Made by a program: the position numbers and the translations under genes
The notes under the pieces: model-generated
Told to the model about the DNA's origin: nothing
Seen by the model: only the letters and a program-made list of their open reading frames with translations
Databases searched by the model: none
Origin: Takakia lepidozioides
Lineage: Eukaryota > Plantae > Bryophyta
Direction of reading: 5' to 3'
Assembly: GCA_030704615.1 (NCBI GenBank)
Contig: CM060731.1
Location: 84,878,001 to 84,942,000, forward strand
DNA length: 64,000 nt
In this document: piece by piece, positions 38,601-50,520 of the stretch
Numbering within the stretch: the first letter of the stretch is position 1
How the letters are laid out: each line of letters begins with the position of its first letter

Positions 38601-40800
38601 TCAGTGCATTGAAACCTCACCTTCTCTTTCGCCTCCACACATGCCGTTGAGAGGTGATGCAGTTCTCCAATTGCATGGTCGGCTGCATGGCCCGAGAATA
38701 GTGTTTTGCAATCTCGGGGATGAAGTCCTTTCCAAGTGCCGGATCTGCAATTGCCACCAGCTTCACAAGCTTTGACTTGTATTGGGTTCTGGACTTGACA
38801 CCCGGCTTCCTTCAAGTGCTCAGTCAATGACTGCAACGTTTTGACCTCCCTCACTTTCCATGAAGAAGCGTTTGGCATGGGCCAAATCCAGCTTGATGTT
38901 TGACTGCCAACAAAAACATGCAGAAGCGTTACATTCGATTCATGTGGAAACATTACTGAAAATTGGGGAAGGATGAGCAGAGGGAAATTGGAGGACGACT
39001 TACTTCGTATATCACCTCCACCATTCCATCCATAGTGAGACGATACCATGTCCGGTCTGTTTTTGCAACGGCTTTCTGAATGAGCTCGGGCTCCAGCATT
39101 TCCGCAAACATCTGCGGATCAGTGAGACCAGTTTTCCTCACCCTACAGCATATGTGTTGCATGTGGGTACGCTGCAAGGCACACTCTCCAGTTCAGTAAA
39201 CGGAAGCACGGAAACAAACCAGAATGGAAACCGAAATGCGGCACCGCATTTCGAAACGTGCTAGGGAGGGTATGAGTATCTTACGAGTTGAGGTCCGCCA
39301 TGGCATTCTTGAGCAGGGAGGAGTCTGCCGCCTTCACCTTGAGGATGACACACTCCACCATGTAATGCCAGCCAATGTGCTTGGCATGGTTCTGCTTGAT
39401 GTACTCCCACCAGGCGAGAAGTCGGTGATTCCCGTCCCACACAAAGAACATTTTACCCGACATATGGCCGAAGTCTGATCACCCTTCAGCGTCGCCTCGA
39501 ATTCGTGGTTGCGAGTGTGCCAGTGGGTATCCCACGTTGACAATTCATCGGCAGTGGGTCCACGAGTTTCGCCGTCCCATTCTCAATGGAAACGTAAAAC
39601 GCTGCCGATCCCAGACGGTACCCTTCTCGAAATGCGAACTTGAGCTTATCCACATCTCGGGAAGGGCCTGCCTGACGATGGGAAGGGAGACCATGCGACA
39701 GAGTGGGATTCGAAGAGTCCGCTGGAATACCCTGCTGCCCAGAACTCTGCCAATGCTACTGTGTGTCTCCTCCAACATTTTATCCGCTGCACTTTTGAAA
39801 TCTCCGGAGACATGTCTGTAGGTGCCGGTAGTGGCTGAGCAGTGGAGCATCTCAACTGGAGCTGCACTCTGGGGCCTGTCTGCGGGCAATTCTGCCATTG
39901 CAGAGGCCTCCTCCGGGCCTGCTTGCTATCGGTGGTGAGGTCTGCTGCGAACGTTCAGCGGCAGCACCTCCTCCGGTACCAAATCGAGATCAACGGTCGA
40001 TCCCCATTGCCTTCGCTGCAGCAGAGTCGGCCCCAACATCTGCAGGCGGGAAATCCTCCAGGAACTGAGCTTCAGCTCGTGGAAGCGGTTTTGCGGGAGA
40101 TTGTTCGCCCTCGCCCTGATTGCCTTCTGCTTCCTCATCCTTGCAGGTGAAGGTGTCTGCTGCAATTGAATCTGTCTTCTACCCTGCTGCTTCATTCGCG
40201 TTGGGGGGGGTGAATCGGCCTGAGCCGGTTCAGAAGCCAGTAGAGGGACGGGCTGCTTCTTCTTCGACTTTGCTGGAGAAGGGCCCGACCCCTGCTGGCG
40301 ATTCTCCATGACGAAGAACGCGAGTCGATCTCTGGGACTTTGAACTTGCCCTTCGAAGGACGCGTCTTTGAATCGCAGAGGGCTAGGCCCGGCAGGAATA
40401 CCCGCGCTCGGGGATCGGGTGGGTGTACGCTGCTGCAGCTAGCTCCTCGGACTCTTCTGCGGCTCTTCGGATTCCTGCGATCCCTCCAGCACGTCCACCT
40501 TTCCTTAGGCATGCAAACATGTTCTGCATTCAAGTCTCCTAGCATTCAGTCTAAGAATTACAGAAGCAAAAATGGGGGGTTCGGTGCTCGATCAGCTGCG
40601 CGCAGCCCGATCGCATGGAGCTCTCACTGGTGGCTGGGTTGCCTGAGTGGCCTGCTGCTCGGAGATGGCAATCTCCTCCTGTAGACGCATCTGCTTCCTC
40701 CCCTTCGGCATTGGCCTACGTCCGAAGTATAATTTCCGGAGCTTGCGACGAGGTCTCCTGTCTGGTGCACGACCTCCCCCCCTCTCAGGTTCGAGCATAA
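35680..40800 (-). pseudogene. Multi-exon frameshifted gene: low-complexity N-terminus, ParB/Srx-like domain, and beta-class N6A/N4C DNA methyltransferase-like domain
   Basis: FFVWDGNHRLLAW (DGNHR at 39422-39436); CDMIILDIPDG (motif IV-like, 37103-37117); VLDDRGCVVV; AFIQTIMETCT..EGTVLDLICGTG (motif I-like, 36501-36527); LKRHVV; GT-AG introns at ~39172-39284, ~37975-38080 and ~36766-36862. Outer boundaries are approximate. Confidence 0.68.
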
Positions 40801-41145
40801 GAAGAACAGAGAGAGGGAAAAGGGCAAAGAGTGCAGATGGAAAGGGCGCGAGAGGGGTGACTGAGGAGACACGACAAAAGTAGATGAAACGGCGGTGATG
40901 CACCACTTGGGTTCGAAAGGATTGGACGAAAGTGTCTCCTCGTGGAGTTTGCGTCATTACGAAATTCGAATCGTTGAGGGTACGCCTGCCGTCCGAAAAA
41001 CAAACATCATTATCCAACGGTTAGGCCGCGCCGCCTCATGCCCCTTCAGTCAGATAGAGTGCCGACATGTGCAGCAATTCCGTTGCTCCACGTGTTCACA
41101 TTTCAAGGTATTTCCGTCCCAACGTCTGATCAGTGGAGCGAAAAT

Positions 41146-41656
41146 GCGAATGCGGCGCCGCATTTCCGTTAAGTACCATCACTCTGCTACACATCCATAC
41201 ATGTTGGAAGAAATGCGGCACCGCATTTCCGTTCCACCTTCACATACCTTAGTTGTTGAACGGAAATACGGTGCCGCATTTCCGTCCCATAGCTCCATGT
41301 ATGAGATTCAAAAGGGAAATGCGGCGCCGCATTTCCGTTCTGGAATGTCGAAAGGTGCGATTGGGACGGGAATGAGGCACAACATTTCAGTTCCCGTGGT
41401 TCATGATTTTCAATGTGAACGGAAATGCGGTACCGCATTTTCGTTCCCACTTCACATACGTTAGTTGATGAATGGAAATGCCGTGCCACATTTCCGTTCG
41501 GGAAAGTATAGAGGTCTCAGCTGGACAGAAATGCGGTGCCGCATTTCCGGTCTGGAAAGTTTGAAGGTCTCACATGGATGGAAATGCGGCAACACATTTC
41601 CGTGGCACAGCTCCAGGCCCAATATACAAAACGGAAATGCGGCGCCGCATTTCCGT
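41146..41656. repeat. Palindrome array 2: 10 copies, nine at an exact 53-bp period
   Basis: Starts at 41146, 41209, 41262, 41315, 41368, 41421, 41474, 41527, 41580 and 41633. Confidence 0.95.
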
Positions 41657-42247
41657 TCTACACTAGGTGGAGCCCCGCACACTGGGTTGCGGTGGGGGTG
41701 GCTCCACAAGGGGTGGTGGTAGCTTAGCGGGACTTAGTGGGGGTGGCATAGGACTCACCATGGGGTGGAGACCTCGAGGTGGGAGTCGTGGGGAGTCTTG
41801 GGACTCATCACGGTCCATTGGGGCCGCGGTGAGTGGGCCAAGACTCACCGCGACTCACCACCGGGAATCGAGGGTCTTCGTGGTGGTTCGCCATAAAATG
41901 GCATGGCTGGTTGTGAAACCCCCGCGGACAGCTACAGAAGTATATATAGGGAGTAGTAACCCCGAGAACGGTGCAAGCCCGTTGGTGACCAAAAACTAGT
42001 GAGTAAGCGAGCGAGCCGGAAAGCGACCAAAGAGTGGGGAGCTGTTCCGGACTGCCAACTACAAAAGGGAATTCCGCTGGTTCCAAATCGTGGAGGGTTC
42101 TTTGGGAGAACAAAGGGGGACCGTTATGCCCGGTGAGCAGCCGAAGCTCCAAGTTGGCCCGGCGGCCAGGTTGGGAGTCAGGCGCGCGCATCAAAGCGAG
42201 TAACTATGACTTGAGGGGGAGCTTACCAAAGGGAGGTGCGTGATACT

Positions 42248-42259
42248 TGGTATCAGAGC
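42248..42259 (+). promoter_or_regulatory. Primer binding site, tRNA-iMet type
   Basis: TGGTATCAGAGC 2 nt after the LTR end. Confidence 0.95.
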
Positions 42260-42300
42260 TTAGAGTTCAATACGCGATCGTCCTTGGGATTGGCCTCATC

Positions 42301-45300
42301 ATGGGGTCGGGCAAGCCAAAGCGAAAGCGGAACGGCCCAAAAGATGATGATCCTGGTGAGCCCGATGGGGGCGACGTGTCACCGAGGCGGCCGTTTGAGG
42401 AAGCGATGAATGTTTCCGAAAACGAGGCCGCTCAAGAGCGGGAGGAATCCGAGGAGTCGGAGCCCGAGGAATCCTTGAGAGCTCCGACAAACCAAGAGAT
42501 GCCTCCCATGCCGGCAGCCTTTTGGGAAGGGTTGTTGGCGCAGTTTGGCGGGACGTTGAAAGACGTGTTGAAGGCGGCTAATGCCACTTCCACTAAGGCA
42601 AAGTTGAAGGTGAAGCCTAAGGAACCCGGCACCTTCAAGGGCATTCGAAATCAGAAGGCACTCAACACCTGGCTCCTGGAGCTAGAGCAGTACTTCTGGG
42701 CGGCCAAGTTGAGTGACGAGGATCGGGTGGAAGTGGCTCCCACCTATTTGAGGGGCTATGCTCAACAATGGTGGCAGAAACGCCTTCACGACCGAGGCCC
42801 AAGCCCAGAAACCTTGAACTGGAGTGGGTTCAAGGAATTGATGAAGAGACAGTTTGTGCCCCTCAACGCATCCTGGCTTGCCCGGGACAAGTTGAGGAAT
42901 TTGAAGCAAACAGATGACATTCGGGGGTATGTCCAGGCTTTCAATGTGCTGTTGCTCGAAGTCGCGGACATGGCAGAACCAGAAATGGTCTTCAACTTTG
43001 TGGCGGGACTGGCCCCATGGGCCAGGCGGAAGTTGGAGGAGAAGCCACCCAAGACTTTGAACGAGGCAATTGAGAGGGCTGAATGTTTCTCGGATGTCCC
43101 TAGGGGTGAGAGACAAGGCCGTACGGAGCTGAACCACAAGAAGACCCGGCGGGAAGGTGACTCCTTCCGACCGGAAAAGAAGTGGGATAGGCCACGCGGC
43201 GACAATGGCACGTGGAAATCGAAGGGAGGGCCTTCACACGTCAAGGCGGCACCCGGTGCTTCGAAAGGAAAAGCGGGTGGAGCGGCTTATGGCGGACAGA
43301 AGGCAACCTTTGATGGAGTGTGTTTCAATTGCGGGGAGCCCGGGCACATGGCCAAGAAGTGCACAAAACCTCCACAATTGAACATGACTCGGGCAACCAC
43401 GGAGCTGTCGGAAGATACCATTAGTCGCTTGGTGGAAGCGGTGGTCGCCAGGACTTGCAAGGTAGGCAACTATTCTTGTGAGTTGTATCAGGAAACTGGC
43501 GCCCTGCGTAAAGGGAGTCAGTTATTGTTCGTGGATGGGATAATATCCGGAACTAACGTGTCGTTGTTGGTGGACACAGGAGCGTCGCACTCCTTCATGA
43601 CGCCGGCGGCGGCGCGAAAGTTGGGACTCCCGACAAGTGACGTGGGGGCCTCTATTGAGATGCGCTTTGCCAAAGGAGAACCTCAGTTGGCGACAAGGTT
43701 GGCGTTTGATGTTCCTCTTCAACTGGGGAGTTGGGAAGGACGTGAGAACTTCACCATCTGCGAGATCGATGGAGTGGATCTCATTTTGGGGATGACCTTT
43801 TTGATCAAATCCGGAGCGGTCATAGATGGCCGCAAGAGAGTAGTCACGCTGCCATGTGGGAATGGTGGCGAGGTTTTACGAGTGTCGGAAACGCCCAAAT
43901 CCGTGGGAGGGCGAATAAACCTTCTGTCAGCAAAGGAGTGGGCCGTGGAGGAGGCACATGAGTCCCAGTTTTTGCTTTACATTAGAGAAGTGAAAGGAGA
44001 AGGCGATGGGGAGCCGAGCCCAGATTGGATCAAGGGGATTTTGGAGAAATACCAGGATGTGATGCCGGAGGATTTACCAAGCGGCTTGCCACCGCGAAGA
44101 GGAGTTGACCACAAGATTGAGGTGATACCGGGATCGGAACCGCCTGCCAAGGCGCCCTACCGGTTGAGCCACAGAGAGTTGGTCGAGCTGAAGACTTAGC
44201 TCAAGGATCTAATGTCAAAGGGGTACATCCGGCCGAGTAAGTCACCTTACGGAGCCCCGGTGCTATTCGCAGACAAGAAGGATGGGACGCTGCGGATGTG
44301 TGTCGATTACAGGGCTTTGAATAAGGTGACTATTAAAAACCGGTACCCTTTGTCAAGGATCGACGACCTTTTCGACCGGTTGGCAGGAGCGAAGTATTTC
44401 AGCCGGATCGACTTGCACTCCGGCTATCATCAAATTCGGTGGCGGAAGGAGATGAGGAGAAGACCGCGTGCAAGACAAGGTATGGTTCATATGAGTTCTT
44501 GGTGATGCCTTTTGGGCTCACTAATGCACCGGCGACCTTTAGCACGCTGATGAACAGCCTTTTTCAGGAGTGGTTGGATGACTTTGTGATCGTGTACATC
44601 GACGACATCTTGGTGTACTCGAAAACAAAGGAGGAACACCTGGAGCACCTCAAAAGGGTGTTCCAAAAGTTGCGGGAAGGGAAGCTGTACGCCAAAGCTT
44701 CAAAATGCGAATTCGGGGTCACGAAAGTGGAGTTCCTGGGGCATGTGATTACACAGGATGGGATCAAAATGGATGACAGAAAGGTGAGGGCGATCTTGGA
44801 CTGGGAGCCTCCGACTTCGGTCTCGGGAGTGCGATCCTTCCTAGGACTCGCCTCCTATTACCGGAAGTATGTGAGAAATTTCGCCAAGATCGCGGGGCCG
44901 CTGTCGGACCTTCTATGTAAATCCAAAGTCTAGGTATGGAACACATTTTGTGGCCAAGCTTTTGCTGAATTGAAGCAGTGGATGGCGGAAACTCCAGTCT
45001 TGAAAATCCCGGAGTTTGATCGTCCATTTGAGATTCATACAAATGCGTCGGACTTCGCGATTGGGGGTGTACTTATGTAAGATGAACGTCCAGTGGCTTA
45101 CGAAAGTAAGAAACTGAATGAAGTGGAGCGACGGTGGCCGACGCACGAAAAAGAGATGAAGGCGGTGGTGCACTGTCTTGAGCTTTGGCGCCACTATGTT
45201 GGTTCCAACCCAGTGAAGGTGTTCACGGACAATGTCACGGTGAAGTATTTTGCCACGCAGCCCAAGTTGTCCCCAAAACAACTTAGGTGGCAAGATACTT

Positions 45301-46860
45301 TGGTGGTGTTCGACGTGGATATCCAGTACAAACCGGGACGAGACAACGTGGTGGCCGATGCTTTAAGTAGAAAGTAGCAGCTCTTGTTGGTGTACAAGGG
45401 CGAGACGGCGCTCCAAAGGAAGATCCGGAAGGCTTACCCTAAGGATGAGCTGGCGAAGTTCGTGATGCAGGACTTGAGGATGGGGGTTAAATCGCAGTTC
45501 CACTTGCAAAATGGACTGCTCCGGTATAAGCAAAAACGTCTCTACGTGCCAAAGGGAGGGATCAGAGATAGCCTCTTGAGAGAATGCCATGATAGCCCGC
45601 TTGCGGGCCACGGCGGAGCCAAGCGCACTGCGGCACTCTTGAAGAAAGAGTATTTCTGGCCCAAACTGAGGGAGGAGGCAGAGGAGTATGTCAAGACATG
45701 CACCACATGCCAACAAAACCGGAGTGAGTACAAAAAGCAAGCGGGGCTGTTACAACCCTTGCCGATTCCAGAGGGGACTTGGGAAAGCGTCTCGATGGAT
45801 TTCATGACTGCTATGCCGCTGTCAAAAGGATTCGATGCAATCATGGTGGTGGTGGATAGGTTCAGTAAAATGGGCCATTTCATCCCCACCAAGGAGATGG
45901 CAACGGCGCAGGAGACAGGGCGACTTTACTTTGCCCACGTCTTAAAGCATCATGGAGTCCCGAAGGATATTGTCTCGGATCGCGATCCAAAGTTTACGAG
46001 TAAATTTTGGAGGACACTTTGGAAGAAGATGGGGACGAGGCTGAAGATGAGCACCGCCTTCCGACCTACGACGGACGGCCAAACGAAAAGAGTGAATTCC
46101 GTAGTGAAGCAATTCTTGCGGAATTACGTGTCGGCAGACCAACCAGGCTGGATGGAACACTTAGACGGGGCAGAGTTCTGTTATAATAACACAGAACACT
46201 CCGCAACGGGAGTTTCCCCTTTCGTATTGGTCTATGGAAAAGCACCTCTGGTGCCGACAAGTTGGGCCGCCCAGGACGTTGAGGAACCGGCAGTAGCGGC
46301 GGTACTGGAAGAACGCGAGCGTTTGTTGAAGCTCGCAAAGTACAACATTGCCAAAGCTAGGAAACAGTATGAAAGGCAGGCAAATGGAAGCGGAGGGAAG
46401 TGAAGTTTGAGGCAGGCACAGAGGTCTGTTGAACATCAAGAATTTCCGACTACCTCCGGAAGTGAGTCCGAAGTTCGTACCTCCGTATGCGGGACCCTTT
46501 CGCATTCGGAAGGTTATGAATGAGGATGTGTATGAATTGGAGCTGCCGGCAAACAGCAAGGTGCACCCAGTATTCCATGTCTCCCTTTTGAAGCCTTACT
46601 TCAAAGATGAAGCACGTCCGAATCGACATCAAGTGTTGCGTCCGCCACCTATGCTGTTGGATCATGAAAATGAACCTGAGTACGAGGTGGAGGCAATACT
46701 TAAGTCGAGGAGGTTCAAGAACCGAGAAACGGAGTATCTCGTCAAATGGAAGGGCTATCATCATGTGGAGGCATCTTGGGTGCGTGCCTCAGAAATGGGA
46801 AACGCATCCGAGGCGGTTGCAGCTTTCGAAGGGCGACCTCAAAAGCGGAAGAAACGTTGA
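42301..46860 (+). pseudogene. gag-pol polyprotein with chromodomain, disrupted by stops and frameshifts
   Basis: CFNCGEPGHMAKKC knuckle, LVDTGASHSF protease, YIDDIL RT, HHCC and SMDF/VSDRD integrase, EYLVKWKGY chromodomain; stops at ~44197, 44931, 45078 and 45375. Confidence 0.96.
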
Positions 46861-46894
46861 TGGGGACATCAACCTTGGAGCGTGGGGGAGGAAA

Positions 46895-48481
46895 TGCATG
46901 CTTAGCCCGGCTTAGCTAGCTTAGGAATCCGATTACAAAAACTTGTATTGTACAAAAATTTGTTATAAAGGAAATGGGTTCCAAATGTTGTGCATCCTAT
47001 TTTGTTTGGAATGGTGATGCATGGTATGGTTGGCTAGTGTGTAGAATGCATGCTAGCTTATAAAAGTGGGAGAGGTAAATTGGGTTAATCGTGTGTTTGC
47101 GTAGTGCCGAAATCGGGTGACCCCCATCCAAGGGGCAAGGAAACTTGCGCCTTCTTTGGGAGTTCACGTGCTAGTGCGCACCTGGCGCGTGCGCGTACTA
47201 TAACTGCGCTACCGAGGGGTGGCCTTGTAGTGCGGGCTAACGCGGAAGCTACGTGCTTCCGTTCACGTACTATAATCGTGAAGCCTCGGGACGAAGTCGT
47301 AGTGCGGCTTGTTCCCGTACCTCAGGCCAGCATTCCAAGGCGGACCCAATTGTAGTGATTGGGGCGCACGGTTGGTTCAAGGTTATCTTCCTAGTCAAAG
47401 AGGGTTCCAGGTGAACCCTTGCTCAAGGTGATGCCAAAAGCGGCATCATGAGCGGTCGCAAGCAATGTTGTTGCAGTAAGGCGATTCGATCCTCAAGGAG
47501 GATCGTTCCTTGGCCTTGAAGTAGGCCAAGAAGAGTGCACTGGGAGGAGCTTGAGAGGCTCCACCCTTGGCCGGGACTTGGAGGAAGTCGGCCAAACTAG
47601 CTAGTGGAGAGTAGAGTCAAGTGTGGGGTTTGGTTCTTTGCCATGGGACGCCATGGTACGGAAACAAACTCCTTGATGTGGGACGCCACAACTTGGATGT
47701 TCGTTTCTACAAAATGGACAAGTTGATGAGGACATCGACTCCCTGTTGGTAGGGGTGTGTGTCGCGGCCCTTTGCCTTGAGGGCAGGGGGGGTCGGGACA
47801 CAAGAGGGGCTGCCCCTGTGGTGGGGGCAGTAGCAGCGATAGGTACGGGGGAAGCACCCTTGAGTACCCAAGGCACTCAAGGAGGCGGAGGCGCTCACTA
47901 GGTGGAGCCCCGCACACCGGGTTGCGGTGGGGGTGGCTCCACAAGGGGTGGTGGTAGCTTAGCGGGACTTAGTGGGGGTGGCATAGGACTCACCATGGGG
48001 GGAGACCTTGAGGTGGGAGTCGTGGGAGTCTTGGGACTCATCACGGTCCATTGGGGCCGCGGTGAGTGGGCCAAGACTCACCGCGACTCACCACCGGGAA
48101 TCGAGGGTCTTCGTGGTGGTTCGCCATAAAATGGCATGGCTGGTTGTGAAACCCCCGCGGACAGCTACTGAAGTATATATAGGGAGTAGTAACCCCGAGA
48201 ACGGTGCAAGCCCGTTGGTGACCAAAAACTAGTGAGTAAGCGAGCGAGCCGGAAAGCGACCAAAGAGTGGGGAGCTGTTCCGGACTGCCAACTACAAAAG
48301 GGAATTCCCGTTGGTTCCAAATCGGTGGAGGGTTCTTTGGGAGAACAAAGGGGGACCGTTATGCCCCGGTGAGCAGCCGAAGCTCCAAGTTGGCCGGGCG
48401 GCCAGGTTGGGAGTCAGGCGCGCGCATCAAAGCGAGTAACTATGACTTGAGGGGGAGCTTACCGAAGGGAGGTGCGCGACA
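46895..48481 (+). mobile_element. 3' LTR of the chromovirus (~1.59 kb)
   Basis: Begins TG after the PPT and ends ...gtgcgcgaCA; its 3' part repeats 41661-42245 and its 5' part repeats 24678-25271. Confidence 0.9.
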
Positions 48482-49849
48482 CTCTCTCTGCTTCATCTAA
48501 ATTAGAACAGGTCTGTTACTATCTTTGAGATTAACTCATTTGCAGGAGATAGGAGGTAAATTTAAGCTTAGGAGTGAACTTCAAACTGAACTCCGCAAGT
48601 CAACTTTTGTTCATGGGTTATATACAACTAGTTATCTCTGATAAAGGGAATGAAAATGAAGTCCAAGAGGTGATAGGAAGAATTTTGGGAAGAGATGGAC
48701 CATTCTTATATATGCTAAAGATTGCATGTTGCGTGCTAAATGAGAGTAGCATGCACTGACATGCTCATACGGGCAGAGGTGAGAACTTGTGCATTGTGCT
48801 AGCAAGAGGGGTTTGCCGTATTTCCTTATTTTTTTGCTGGCACATTTTAGAGCATAGCACTGCTTTCTGGTGTGGCTTGGATATCTCTCACTTTGTTGTG
48901 TATGAAACTGCATTGTCAAGTTAACCGGCAGCTTACATGAACATTATCATGTCTCTCATGGAGATTGTGTTGTGTTTTGACATGACTGTAGGTTAGCCAT
49001 CGAAGGGTCAGTTAGATTTGTAATATTGTATTGGCCTACAAGGGAAAAAAGTTGTTTTCTACCGTTGATAAAGGCATATATAGCTAGATTAAGAAATATG
49101 TTTAGTACTTGGATCTGCTTAAAGAACGCACCTGATTGTGACTGAAAGGTAGTAGCGAGCGGTGGATATCTTGAACCCACCGTACACCATGATCTTTGTG
49201 TTGTAGTGACTAAAAGGTGTTGTGTGTTATTGCTAAGTGTCAATCTCATGTTGTTCTATTGGCTGATGCTTTGATAATGGCTTACCAGGCATTTCTGAAA
49301 CACTGGTTTTGAACATGGCCACCTTGGCATGGTCTGTAGTAGCTACTGCACGGGGCTGAACAGCTATTGCCAATGAGGTTAGTTGCATTGCTTTTAAATG
49401 CTCTGGTAGCGAGTTGGTAGGATGTGGAAAGGGTGTGGTACAAGTATCTTCCTGCATAAACCTTGAGGATATGGGCTTGTACAACAAGCCCATTTGCAGG
49501 TTAGGCAATGTGGTTGTCTAAGAAGTGATGTGACATGCTTTCAGCTTTTCATGTTCATTCGCTGTCAAAAGATGAAGTCAGGGGTTTATAAAATCCACTC
49601 CAGGAGTTCAACTTATGAATATTTGCCATGTTCATATAAAAGAAGCTGTGTATGCCCAAAGTGAACCTTGGTTTTGCTGTGGGCCACTGACAGGGCTTGA
49701 GTATTGTGGCTGCTGATATTTCCGACAGAGCTATTTGTGTCTATCTCTTCATTGTGTCGTTGGCCATGATTTCATTCCGCTTTCAATCCATGACCACAAC
49801 TTCTGAAAGAGGATCAAGAGAGGGAGTCCACAATGCCTCTTCTGGCACT

Positions 49850-50520
49850 TCTGGGCATGTGAAGATGCTTTGTGGCAGGCAGACTAACAGAGGCTCTACA
49901 ACCTTTAAACCAATGAGGCATTTCAGCAGATTCAGGTACGTATGTCTATCTCTTGCTTAAGTGCATCAAGATGGAAGGTCTGGAAGCTAGAAAGCAGGCG
50001 CACACTCACATACTTCAAAGTGGATTCACGCCAAATGTTTTTCTACTCAACACCCTTGTCTCCATGTATATTAAGTGCGGGAGCATCATGGATTTTCACC
50101 AAGTGTTCAACAGAATGCCTCAATGATCTTTGATCACGTGGAATATAATGTTGGCAGGAGTTACCAAGCATGGGTGTGGTAGGAATGCTTTGGAGACCTA
50201 TGAGCAACTGCTGCGCAAAGGGGTGAAGCCCAACCACATCACATTTGTTTGTAATGCATGTGCAAGCCTGGGAGCTCTGGAAAAGGGCAAAGAGGTCCAT
50301 GGTGACATCGTCAAATCTGGAATTGTACCCGATGTCATTCTGAAAACTGCCCTGGTGGACTGCATGTATGCCAAATGTGGGTGCATCGAGGATGCAAAGG
50401 AAGTGTTTGACAGTATGGCTGAACGAGATGTGGTGTCGTGGAGTTTGATGATTGCAGGATATGCACAACAAGGGCGCGGATGGAGGCTTTGGAGACCTAT
50501 GAGCAATGATGCGGGAAGGG
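49850..50520 (+). pseudogene. PLS-class PPR pseudogene, paralog of 60079-61240
   Basis: WNIMLAG..KHG, GVKPNHITFV, ACASLGALEKGKEVHG, MYAKCGCIEDAKEVFDSM.ERDVVSW; small indels. Confidence 0.92.

Larger units (their letters stand above)
41661..48481 (+). mobile_element. Ty3/gypsy chromovirus, near full length, 5' LTR truncated
   Basis: Partial 5' LTR 41661-42245 matches 47896-48481; PBS; gag-PR-RT-RH-INT-chromodomain order; PPT 46883-46894; 3' LTR 46895-48481. Confidence 0.97.

Noticed and set aside
41146-41656. True CRISPR array
   Set aside because: Eukaryotic context with no cas-like ORFs; the repeats are degenerate; several spacers are related to one another; and the same motif is dispersed in introns and a second irregular cluster.
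41631-41666. Helitron 3' end (hairpin followed by CTAG)
   Set aside because: The cactag belongs to the LTR (same sequence at 47896) and is not followed by T.
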